Shown here: in pieces, positions 16,001 through 24,694 of the stretch
How positions within the stretch are numbered: position 1 is the stretch's first letter
Layout of the letters: every line of letters starts with the position of its first letter
Source of the DNA: a virus
Lineage: Duplodnaviria; Caudoviricetes
IMG/VR virus record: IMGVR_UViG_3300027467_000528
Span: 1 to 26,524 of that record
Direction: 5' to 3' (one strand)
DNA: 26,524 nucleotides
Program-made: the position numbers and the translations under genes
The notes under the pieces: generated by a model
The model's input: only the letters and a program-made list of their open reading frames with translations
Told to the model about the DNA's origin: nothing
Databases searched by the model: none

Positions 16001-17587
16001 ATGTATAAATCCGATAAAATTATTATCGTAGGCGGAGGATCCGCAGGATGGATGACAGCATCCACACTAATCAAAGAATATCCTAATAGAGATATTACAT
16101 TAATTGAAAGCCCTTATATTTCAAAAATTGGGGTGGGGGAATCAACAACTGCTGGAATCACAGCCTGGCTACATGCCCTAGAGCTAGACCATAAAGATTT
16201 TATGACTTATACAGATGCGGCATATAAGCTAAGTATTAAGTTTACAGATTTTCATTCTATTGGAGATGGTGGATTTCACTACCCATTTGGACACCCAAAT
16301 TTACAAAATTGCACAATGAATTCTGCAAATGATTGGCAAGTTTTAAAACTTATTGACCCAACTACCACAAAACAAAGCTACGTAGACTACCTTTGGCCAT
16401 CCTCAGTTCTTTTGAATACAAATAAAATGTACTTTCCTAAAGATCTTGAAGAGATGGACGGATTTACAATGCACCGTGACTTTGCCCTTCAGTTTGATGC
16501 TATTAAGTTTGCTGAATATCTAAAAGATAAATATGCAAAGCCTATGGGTGTTAAGCATATTGAAGCGACAATTACTTCTATAGAGCACGATGAGAATGGA
16601 ATTACTGGGGTAGTATTAGACAATGGAGATACTGTTTCTGGAGATCTATATATTGATTGTACAGGATTTAAGGGAATGCTTATAACAGAGACACTTGGAA
16701 CCCCATTTGAGTCACATGCAGATAAACTGCCAGTAAACAGAGCATGGGCTGTACAACTACAGTATGAGGATCCAGAAAAAGAAGTAGAAAACTTTACAAA
16801 CTGTACAGCACTTGGATATGGGTGGGTATGGAACGCTCCACTATATTCACGTATTGGAACTGGGTATGTTTATTCAGATAAATTTACTACACCAGAAGAA
16901 GCTTTAGAAGAATTCAAAGAGCATCTTAAAAAAGCTCATGGTGAACATAGAATTACTGATGATTTAAAGTTTAGAGATATTAATTTTAAGTCTGGAATTG
17001 TTTCTAAGCCATGGAATAAGAATGTTGTAGCCATCGGATTATCTGGAGCATTCCTTGAGCCACTAGAATCAAATGGCCTTATGTTTATTCATGAAAATGC
17101 TTCAATGCTTTCTAGAATGATTCAGCGAGGCGTTATAAATAAGTTTGATCAAGAAACCTATAACTTTGAAGTAAAGAAACACTTTAACTCATTTTCATCA
17201 TTTATTCAGCTGCACTACATTTTGACCGAAAGACGGGACACAGAGTTTTGGAAGTATATGGCTACTAGGGACGTAATGCCAGATGAGTTTACTAGAGAAA
17301 ATGCTCATAACTGGGTTGGTGAAATGGACAATAAAACAATTAACCAGGGTTGGCGTGTAAATATTGATAGTGGATTTAATTGTATTGCTGTTGGTCATGA
17401 ATGGATGCCTATAACACCACAGGTAATTCGTCAATGGAATTATCATTACCCAGAAACTGATTATGAAGAAGTTGCAAACCTATTTAAGGCTAGAAGCGAA
17501 GCTTCCGTAGCAAAATGGAAAGCGGTTACAAAAAATGCACCATCACACTATCAATTCTTAAAGGAGAATTATCATAATGAAGTTTAG
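16001..17587 (+). CDS. Flavin-dependent halogenase (tryptophan halogenase PrnA/VirX1-like)
   Basis: GGGSAG FAD motif, GVGEST, AYKLSIKF (catalytic Lys equivalent to PrnA K79), YIDCTGF, GWVWNAP (WxWxIP variant), GYVYS, FLEPLESNG. Confidence 0.9.
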   Translation: MYKSDKIIIVGGGSAGWMTASTLIKEYPNRDITLIESPYISKIGVGESTTAGITAWLHALELDHKDFMTYTDAAYKLSIKFTDFHSIGDGGFHYPFGHPNLQNCTMNSANDWQVLKLIDPTTTKQSYVDYLWPSSVLLNTNKMYFPKDLEEMDGFTMHRDFALQFDAIKFAEYLKDKYAKPMGVKHIEATITSIEHDENGITGVVLDNGDTVSGDLYIDCTGFKGMLITETLGTPFESHADKLPVNRAWAVQLQYEDPEKEVENFTNCTALGYGWVWNAPLYSRIGTGYVYSDKFTTPEEALEEFKEHLKKAHGEHRITDDLKFRDINFKSGIVSKPWNKNVVAIGLSGAFLEPLESNGLMFIHENASMLSRMIQRGVINKFDQETYNFEVKKHFNSFSSFIQLHYILTERRDTEFWKYMATRDVMPDEFTRENAHNWVGEMDNKTINQGWRVNIDSGFNCIAVGHEWMPITPQVIRQWNYHYPETDYEEVANLFKARSEASVAKWKAVTKNAPSHYQFLKENYHNEV

Positions 17588-17870
17588 AACACAATGGCTA
17601 GAAGCACTAAAAACAATGCGTTTTAAGTCGTATTGGAATAGACCAAATACAGTAGAATTTTTTGCCTTCATGACAAAGATTGCTATTATTTTCCCAGGCC
17701 TATTGCTTGGAAAACAGTTTTGGTGGCTTTACATATTTGCTTTGGTTTCAAGCCTTGCCCTTATATGGTCATCGACAGTAAAGACTCTACCCACAATTAT
17801 TTGGTTCAATATTTTGTGGACTTTATTGGCAACCTTATCAATTGCTAAGCATTTTGGTCTAATTTTGTAA
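17577..17870 (+). CDS. Small three-TM membrane protein
   Basis: Three hydrophobic segments; AAGGAG RBS inside the halogenase 3' end; overlaps both neighbours. Confidence 0.75.
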   Translation: MKFRTQWLEALKTMRFKSYWNRPNTVEFFAFMTKIAIIFPGLLLGKQFWWLYIFALVSSLALIWSSTVKTLPTIIWFNILWTLLATLSIAKHFGLIL

Positions 17871-18592
17871 TGAATAAAGATGAACTAAATATATATTGGT
17901 CTCCAGGAAACTTTATACTAGATAAAGAAAGCTGGAATATGCTATATTTAGAACCAGAAAGTTTATTGAAAGAATTTTCTGATTATAGAAATCCAGAGGC
18001 TGGAACTTCGTCATTTCTTTCATGTCCAGCATTTAGAGAAAAGTTTAAAAATGTTTTTTCTTTTAAGACTACGGTTGACTCAAGTTATTCATATGAAGAA
18101 AATATAACCAAAAATACGGGAGATACGAAAATAGGATTTTATTCCCAAAGAGATCCATCATTAACATATGGTCCTAGCTTGGTTTACAATCTTTCATGGT
18201 TGTTTTTTGCAGAAGAGCCCGTAGAATGTTTTTTTACTTCTCCATATTTTCATAAGGTAGAATATATGCAGTCGGGGGCAATGGTTCCAGGAAAATTTGA
18301 TATAGGGTCATGGTTTAGACCATTTAACATAGAGGTACAAATGCACTCAAGCTACGGGGAAATTTCTTTTAAAAAAGAAGACCCATTATTTTATATGGAT
18401 ATAAATACTAATAAAAAGATTAATTTTATTAGGTTTAACATGAATGAAAGGCTTTATAATATTTCCCAAGAATCTATACAGTCTCCAGTTAGGTATAAAA
18501 GGTTTATGCCATTAAAAGAAAGATACGATGTTTTTAATAAAACTAAAGTAAGGGATATAATTTTAAATGAAATTAAAAAAGAAATTATTTAA
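17870..18592 (+). CDS. Conserved hypothetical phage protein (distant paralogue of 18567)
   Basis: CPAF, PYFH, VPGKFDIGSWFRPFN, KKEDPL; TAATG coupling. Confidence 0.75.
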   Translation: MNKDELNIYWSPGNFILDKESWNMLYLEPESLLKEFSDYRNPEAGTSSFLSCPAFREKFKNVFSFKTTVDSSYSYEENITKNTGDTKIGFYSQRDPSLTYGPSLVYNLSWLFFAEEPVECFFTSPYFHKVEYMQSGAMVPGKFDIGSWFRPFNIEVQMHSSYGEISFKKEDPLFYMDINTNKKINFIRFNMNERLYNISQESIQSPVRYKRFMPLKERYDVFNKTKVRDIILNEIKKEII

Positions 18593-19286
18593 AGAAAACA
18601 TAATATTGTTTGAAAATGGCGAACAAAAAACATGCCCAGAAGAATTTAGTCCGCAGCCAGCTTCAAAATTTCTTCCAGATTGGTATAAAAATTTATCCTC
18701 ATACAATGGTAGTAAGTTAAATGAAAATGGTGGGCCAAATTCTACAGCAAAGAAGTGTGTGCCGCTATTTGATGCGATATCTTCTGGATACATTCTGACA
18801 ACGTTTTGCGATATAGATGTTTCAAATAATGACGGAACTCATTATTTTAGGTGGAGAATTAAGGATGAAAATCTTATAGATTCCCACCCACACTGGCAAA
18901 CTGGTGATCATCCAAAAAAACAAATAAACGCTGGCATGTATAAATACAATAATGCCTGGTCAATAAAAACACCACCAGGTTATTCTTGTATTATTGTTCC
19001 ACCAATGCACAGAGATAACCCACTGGTCATACTTCCTGGTATTGTAGATACAGACAAGTATACTGATATTATAAATTTTCCATTTTATGTAAAAGATGGT
19101 TTTTCTGGGATAGTTCCAGCTGGAACACCCATAGCTCAAATTATTCCATATAAGAGAGAGCCATGGCAAGCAAAAAGAGGTGGCAGAGATCTGCTCTTAG
19201 AAAAAGGGGAAACCTTTAAGTTGGTAACATCAAAATTTACAGGGGCATATAAAAAATTTTTATGGTCCAGGAAAGAATATCGGTAG
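18567..19286 (+). CDS. Conserved hypothetical phage protein (DUF6065-like, possible dUTPase-like fold)
   Basis: PDWYK, TAKKCVPLFDA..GY, W.IKTPPGYS, LPGIVDTDKY...INFPF, PAGTPIAQIIPYKRE.W. Confidence 0.75.
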   Translation: MKLKKKLFKENIILFENGEQKTCPEEFSPQPASKFLPDWYKNLSSYNGSKLNENGGPNSTAKKCVPLFDAISSGYILTTFCDIDVSNNDGTHYFRWRIKDENLIDSHPHWQTGDHPKKQINAGMYKYNNAWSIKTPPGYSCIIVPPMHRDNPLVILPGIVDTDKYTDIINFPFYVKDGFSGIVPAGTPIAQIIPYKREPWQAKRGGRDLLLEKGETFKLVTSKFTGAYKKFLWSRKEYR

Positions 19287-19302
19287 GTAGCAGCCTATTT
19301 GG

Positions 19303-19310
19303 GGTATAAT
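19303..19310 (+). promoter_or_regulatory. -10 element (GGTATAAT), near-leaderless
   Basis: TATAAT 19305-19310, 8 nt before ATG 19319, no RBS in between. Confidence 0.55.
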
Positions 19311-19318
19311 TAGTAAAT

Positions 19319-21187
19319 ATGGCCACCAATTATCCTACTGGGCTGGATAACCTCGCTAATCCCGCCTCAACCGACGAACTAGATGCTCCATCGCATTCCC
19401 AGCAACATGCTAATGCGAACGACGCTATTGAGGCTCTAGAGGCTAAAGTCGGTGTCAATAATTCGGCGGTAACAACAAGCCTTGACTATAGAGTACGTCA
19501 ATTAGAGACAGTCCCTACATATACAAATGAAATGGCTCAGGATGCAGCAGGTGCATTATTTGCACACGCCAATCACGTAAATCTTACAGCAGTATATGAT
19601 GATACTGGAAACCAAGTTATCCTTACAGGAGTTGGCGGAACTGCCAATAAGATTTCGCAAGAAGTTGTTAATAATACTGGAGCAACTATTTATAAGGGGC
19701 AAGCAGTATATGCTGGAGGAGCAGTTGGATCTTCTGGACAGTTAAGAGTAGTTCTATCATCTAATACAGCAGAGTCAACCTCATCTAAGACATTTGGAAT
19801 TATGGAAGACACCGTTATAAATGGTGCAATTGGAACGGTAGTAACAGAAGGACTTCTTGAAGGTCTAGATACTTCTACAGCACAACCAGGAGATCCAGTA
19901 TGGCTGGGTGCAACTCCAGGACAATTAATTTTTGGGCTAGCAAATAAGCCATCAGCTCCTAACCACCTAGTATTTCTTGGTATAGTAACTAGAGCACAGC
20001 AGAATACAGGATCAATCTTTGTTAAAGTTCAAAACGGGTTTGAACTAGACGAGCTTCATGATGTTGTAATTTCTAACAAGCAGAATAACCAAGTAATTAG
20101 ATATAACTCTACTACTGGACAGTGGTCAAACCAGACAATTGATAATTTGTTCGATCCCGCTGGATCTGCAGCGGCAGCGCAATCAGCAGCGGCCTCTGCT
20201 CTATCATCACACGAATCAGATACAACTAATATTCACGGCATTTCCGATACATCGCTATTGGCTACTAAGGCTTATGCAGATAATGCTGCATCAACAGCAG
20301 CGGCTGCAATTGTAGACGCAGCACCATCTACGCTAAATACATTGAATGAATTGGCAGCGGCTATCAATGATGACGCATCATTTGCAGCTACAGTAACCAC
20401 AGCTCTTGGAACTAAAGCACCATTAGCATCACCAACATTTACTGGTATTCCAGTAGCACCAACGGCGGCATTAAACACAGATACAACACAGATTGCTACA
20501 ACAGCATTCGTAATAGATCAGATTGATGCATCAGTACAGCCAGGTGCTCTATATCAGACAACAGCTCCACTAAATCCAGAAGTAGGTCAAATCTGGATTG
20601 ACTCAGATGACGAGGTAGATGTATTTGATAAGAACATTATTCGTCGTCAGACATTCACAGCGGTGGCAGCACAAACTACCTTTACAGTAGATGTTCAGTT
20701 TATTCCTGGTTACGAGCAGGTATTTATGAACGGTATTCTACTTCTTCGTGGAACAGACTATACAACCCCTACAGAGCACACAGTCGTATTGGCTTCAGGT
20801 GCAACGGCGGGAGATATTATAGATGTCCTTACAGTAACTAATCTTAATTCAGTAAACACCTATACACAGGCAGAAATAAATACCCTTATAAATGCAAACA
20901 AGTATATTGATCCTCTATCAATATCAGCTAATACAACCCTTGCTGCTAAGAAAAGATATTTTGTTACATCGGCTTCTGCGCTTACATTGACGCTACCTGC
21001 GTCCCCTGCGCTAAACGATGAGATTCAGATTCTAGATGCTTCAGGCAACGCTTCAACGTATAATATTACTGTGGCTCGCAACGGTAATTTGATCAACGGA
21101 AATGCGGGGAATTTAATTATAGATAACAATGGTGGCTGGTATACATTACTTTATACTGGAGCTACCTATGGATGGAAGGTTGGATAA
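19319..21187 (+). CDS. Multi-module tail fibre protein
   Basis: DAAPSTLNTLNELAAAIND; KAPLASPTFTG.P.APT...TTQIATTAFV fibre repeat; VFMNGILL..GTDYT; C-terminal YFV...TLTLPASP..NDEI...NITV.RNG..ING domain. Confidence 0.85.
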   Translation: MATNYPTGLDNLANPASTDELDAPSHSQQHANANDAIEALEAKVGVNNSAVTTSLDYRVRQLETVPTYTNEMAQDAAGALFAHANHVNLTAVYDDTGNQVILTGVGGTANKISQEVVNNTGATIYKGQAVYAGGAVGSSGQLRVVLSSNTAESTSSKTFGIMEDTVINGAIGTVVTEGLLEGLDTSTAQPGDPVWLGATPGQLIFGLANKPSAPNHLVFLGIVTRAQQNTGSIFVKVQNGFELDELHDVVISNKQNNQVIRYNSTTGQWSNQTIDNLFDPAGSAAAAQSAAASALSSHESDTTNIHGISDTSLLATKAYADNAASTAAAAIVDAAPSTLNTLNELAAAINDDASFAATVTTALGTKAPLASPTFTGIPVAPTAALNTDTTQIATTAFVIDQIDASVQPGALYQTTAPLNPEVGQIWIDSDDEVDVFDKNIIRRQTFTAVAAQTTFTVDVQFIPGYEQVFMNGILLLRGTDYTTPTEHTVVLASGATAGDIIDVLTVTNLNSVNTYTQAEINTLINANKYIDPLSISANTTLAAKKRYFVTSASALTLTLPASPALNDEIQILDASGNASTYNITVARNGNLINGNAGNLIIDNNGGWYTLLYTGATYGWKVG

Positions 21188-22683
21188 TGGGAGATATTAG
21201 AACTACTACGCTTGGTGGTATTCCATTTGGAGTAAATTCAGGTCGACCAAGCAATCCACAACCAGGTCAACCATATTTTAATGGTCAAGAAAATAGGCTA
21301 GAGCTTTATACACAATCTGTTGGTTGGCAAAATATTGTTGCAGAAACTCCAGGAATTGTTTCAGTACAAGGCATGGTTTTAGATGGAAATACAACAAACA
21401 CACTTGTTATATCTGGAAGCAATTTTACATCTGGTGCAGTAGCTTCAATTATAGGTACCAATGGTGTAGAAATAGTGGCAAACTCAACAGTTGTTAATTC
21501 TGTAGCTCAAGTAACAGCAGTTTTTGGAGCAATTAGTGCTCAGTATGAACCATACGATGTTAAAGTATTAAATACAAGCAATCTTTATGGACTATTGCCA
21601 GATGGAGTTTATGTTAATCAAACTCCTTCCTGGAATACAGCAGCTGGATCGCTAGGAACATTTACAGAAGGTCAATCTGTATCAATACAGCTTTCTGCAA
21701 CTGATCCAGAAGGAACATCGCTTTCATATACTGTTACATCAGGAGCACTTCCTACTGGAGTAACTCTATCATCTTCTGGTTTAATTTCTGGAACATTACC
21801 AGATATTTCAACAAATACTACTTATTCTTTTACTATTACAGTTTCTGACGGAGCAAACTCATCTGTAAGAACATTTACAATTACATCAACGGCTTTAGTT
21901 AATGTTACTGGCGGAACTTTAGTAACTTCAGACCCAACATATTTTTATAGAATATTTTCTACAACAGGATCCAGTTCTCTTGTAGTATCTAATAACAACC
22001 TAGCAGTAGAATACCTACTAATTGGCGGCGGTGGCGGCGGAGGAAATAGCTATGGTGGAGGCGGTGGAGGATGTGGTGGAATAAATTCTGGAACAACAAC
22101 TCTATCACCAAATACATATTCAATTGTTGTAGGAGCAGGAGGTGGAAGCGTTACTAGCGGAAGCTCAACAACAGCATTTGGCTACACAGCAGGTGGAGGA
22201 GGAAACGGTGTAACATCTTCTGGTTCTGGAGGTAATGCTGGTTCACCATTAACATATGTTGGCGGCACAGGTGCAAATGCTTCATGGGGTGAATCTGGTG
22301 GTGGCGGTGCAGGTGGTTCTGCTAACGGAGGAAACGGAGTAGCATCTAGCGTAGCTGGTGCTGGCGGTGCTGGATCAGCTGGATACACATCTTGGATTAA
22401 TGCAATATCATCATCAATGCCATCGGCATGGCAAACTGCAACTTCATCTGGAAGAATTGCAGGCGGTGGAGGTGGAGGCGGTGCTAGAGATACAAACTCT
22501 GGCGTAGGCGGATCAGGTGGTGGCGGAGCTGGAGGAGGACTCAATGCTTCTAGTGACCAACCAGGTGTTGCAGGTGTTGCAAATACTGGTTCTGGTGGAG
22601 GAGGATCTAGAGGTGCTTCTACTGGTGGTGCAGGCGGATCGGGACTTGCAGTAATTAAATATCTTAAGAGTGCGGTTGGATAA
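21187..22683 (+). CDS. IPT/TIG + putative Ig + glycine-rich adhesin
   Basis: Start reassigned to 21187 (TAATG overlap). ISGSNF...EPYDVKV; ATDPEG...GALPTGVTLSSSGLISGT; LLIGGGGGGG...GSGLAVIKY. Confidence 0.8.
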   Translation: MGDIRTTTLGGIPFGVNSGRPSNPQPGQPYFNGQENRLELYTQSVGWQNIVAETPGIVSVQGMVLDGNTTNTLVISGSNFTSGAVASIIGTNGVEIVANSTVVNSVAQVTAVFGAISAQYEPYDVKVLNTSNLYGLLPDGVYVNQTPSWNTAAGSLGTFTEGQSVSIQLSATDPEGTSLSYTVTSGALPTGVTLSSSGLISGTLPDISTNTTYSFTITVSDGANSSVRTFTITSTALVNVTGGTLVTSDPTYFYRIFSTTGSSSLVVSNNNLAVEYLLIGGGGGGGNSYGGGGGGCGGINSGTTTLSPNTYSIVVGAGGGSVTSGSSTTAFGYTAGGGGNGVTSSGSGGNAGSPLTYVGGTGANASWGESGGGGAGGSANGGNGVASSVAGAGGAGSAGYTSWINAISSSMPSAWQTATSSGRIAGGGGGGGARDTNSGVGGSGGGGAGGGLNASSDQPGVAGVANTGSGGGGSRGASTGGAGGSGLAVIKYLKSAVG

Positions 22684-24302
22684 TGTCTAAAGCCAGAGAT
22701 ATAGCAAATATACTATCAGCAAATACAGCTATTGCTACTGATGCTGAATTGAGTTCTGCTGTATCCGCCCATGCAACTGCAACCAATGGACACGTTGGGC
22801 GGGGAACAACAGCAAATAGACCTTTATCACCTACTGTAGGAGATTTGTATTTTGATACAACACTGGCAGCCTTGATTTGCTTTAAGTCTAGTGGATGGGA
22901 AAAGGTGTCTCAAGATCCTGCTCCTCAAATAGCTAGTATTTCTCCAACAACAGCACCAATACCAGGAACAACAATAACTATTACAGGGTCTAATTTTAAA
23001 TCAGGATTATCCGTACAGTTTATTGGCACAAATGCTACATATAATTCACCCACAGCTACTTTTGTTGGTGCTGGTACTGCAACAGCAATAACTCCTAATT
23101 TAGATGTAGCAAACGAGCCATATGATGTTAAAGTTATAAATTTAGATAATCAGTTTGCAATTTTAGAAAATGCTTTAGACGCTGGTGGATCACCAGTATG
23201 GAACACCACACCAGGAACACTTGCCACAATAAGCGAGCAAACATCATTAAATGTTTCAGTATCTGCATCGGATCCAGATGGCACATCTATTATTTACTCA
23301 TCTTCAAACTTGCCAGCTTGGATTTCTTTAAATTCATCAAATGGATCTTTAACTGGAACTGCACCAGACGTTTCATCAGATACAACCTATAATTTTGACA
23401 TAATAGCTTCTGATGGTGTAAACACTTCTTCTAGATCATTTAATGTTTCCGTAAAAGCCATAATAATGTTTTCTGCAGACTACCTACTTGTTGGCGGAGG
23501 TGGAGCAAGTGGATTTAGAACTGATGCTGTTTATTACTTAGGTGGAGGCGGTGGAGGTGGTTTAAGAACTTCTGTTGGAAGTAATGGTGGAGGAGCTGCA
23601 GCAGAATCGCCATTAACTCTTCAAACTGGAGTAACTTATAACATTTCTGTCGGCCAAGGGGGCGTGGGCGCAGCATATGGATCGCTTTCATCTGCAAATA
23701 ACGGTGGAAACTCATCTATATCTGGTACTGGAATTACAACAGTAACAGCACTTGGTGGTGGAGCTGGTGCTAATCCAGATTCTGCTGGACACAACGGAGG
23801 ATCTGGTGGAGGTGCTGGAGGAAATGACAACGTTAGGTCAGGCGGAACTGCTTTAACGCCAACACAAGGATATGCTGGTGGCAATGTTGTTCATAACAAT
23901 AATGCTGGCGGCGGTGGCGGTGGAGGTGGCGCAGGTGGTCCAGGTGGAAATGTTTCTTCTGGAAACTTTAAAGGTGGTACTGGCGGAGCAGCACTGCAAA
24001 ATTCTATAACTGGATCGTCAATATATTATTCTGGAGGGGGTCCAGGAGGAGGCGGATATTTTTCTTCTCCAGTTGGAAACCCAGTCCTCGGAGATTTTGG
24101 AGTGGGATACAATAGATCAAATCCAGGAATGGGTGGATATATGACAGGAAATGGTGCAAATGCAGTAAACAACGGAACTAATGGTGTGGTTATAATTAGA
24201 GCACCTCGTACTGCTGTTAATACTACTGGATCACCAGTTGTTTCAACTGTAGGTGGAAATATTGTTTATACATTTAATAATAATGGGACGATTACATTCT
24301 AA
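22683..24302 (+). CDS. IPT/TIG + putative Ig + glycine-rich adhesin
   Basis: IASISPT...ITITGSNF, EPYDVKV, ASDPDG...LPAWISL...LTGT, LLVGGGG...GVVIIR...YTF...GTITF. Confidence 0.8.
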   Translation: MSKARDIANILSANTAIATDAELSSAVSAHATATNGHVGRGTTANRPLSPTVGDLYFDTTLAALICFKSSGWEKVSQDPAPQIASISPTTAPIPGTTITITGSNFKSGLSVQFIGTNATYNSPTATFVGAGTATAITPNLDVANEPYDVKVINLDNQFAILENALDAGGSPVWNTTPGTLATISEQTSLNVSVSASDPDGTSIIYSSSNLPAWISLNSSNGSLTGTAPDVSSDTTYNFDIIASDGVNTSSRSFNVSVKAIIMFSADYLLVGGGGASGFRTDAVYYLGGGGGGGLRTSVGSNGGGAAAESPLTLQTGVTYNISVGQGGVGAAYGSLSSANNGGNSSISGTGITTVTALGGGAGANPDSAGHNGGSGGGAGGNDNVRSGGTALTPTQGYAGGNVVHNNNAGGGGGGGGAGGPGGNVSSGNFKGGTGGAALQNSITGSSIYYSGGGPGGGGYFSSPVGNPVLGDFGVGYNRSNPGMGGYMTGNGANAVNNGTNGVVIIRAPRTAVNTTGSPVVSTVGGNIVYTFNNNGTITF

Positions 24303-24694
24303 TGGCTAAAACAATTAAAGTATGGAGCGGAACTGAATGGGTAAATGTAGGTATTATGGCTGCAATACCGCCAGACTATGTTACTCAAGCAGATCTTATT
24401 CAACGTAAAAAAGAAGTTAGCGAAACCGTATCATCTAACATTACAGCACAGGTAGGATACAGATACTTTGTAGATACTACTTCTGAGAGAACTATTACAC
24501 TTCCTGCAACCCCGTCGATTGGCGACGAGGTTCAAATATTTGATGCGACGGGAACAGCATCAACACATAACATTACCATTGGAAGAAATGGAAAGAACAT
24601 TAACGGTATAGCAGAAAATGCTATAATTGACGTAGATAAAGCGGCGGCGGTATTAGTATATACTGGCCTTACCCTTGGATGGAGACTAGGATGA
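24302..24694 (+). CDS. Small fibre connector protein (paralogue of the C-terminal domain of 19319)
   Basis: YFVDT...TITLPATPSIGDEVQIFDATG...NITIGRNGKNING...LVYTG...GW. Confidence 0.75.
   Translation: MAKTIKVWSGTEWVNVGIMAAIPPDYVTQADLIQRKKEVSETVSSNITAQVGYRYFVDTTSERTITLPATPSIGDEVQIFDATGTASTHNITIGRNGKNINGIAENAIIDVDKAAAVLVYTGLTLGWRLG

Noticed and set aside
18566-18592. AAAAAAG slippery-looking run in the overlap of the two paralogues
   Set aside because: The A_AAA_AAG phase belongs to the downstream ORF, and fusion would need a +1 shift. The downstream gene has its own ATG and the region is AT-rich.
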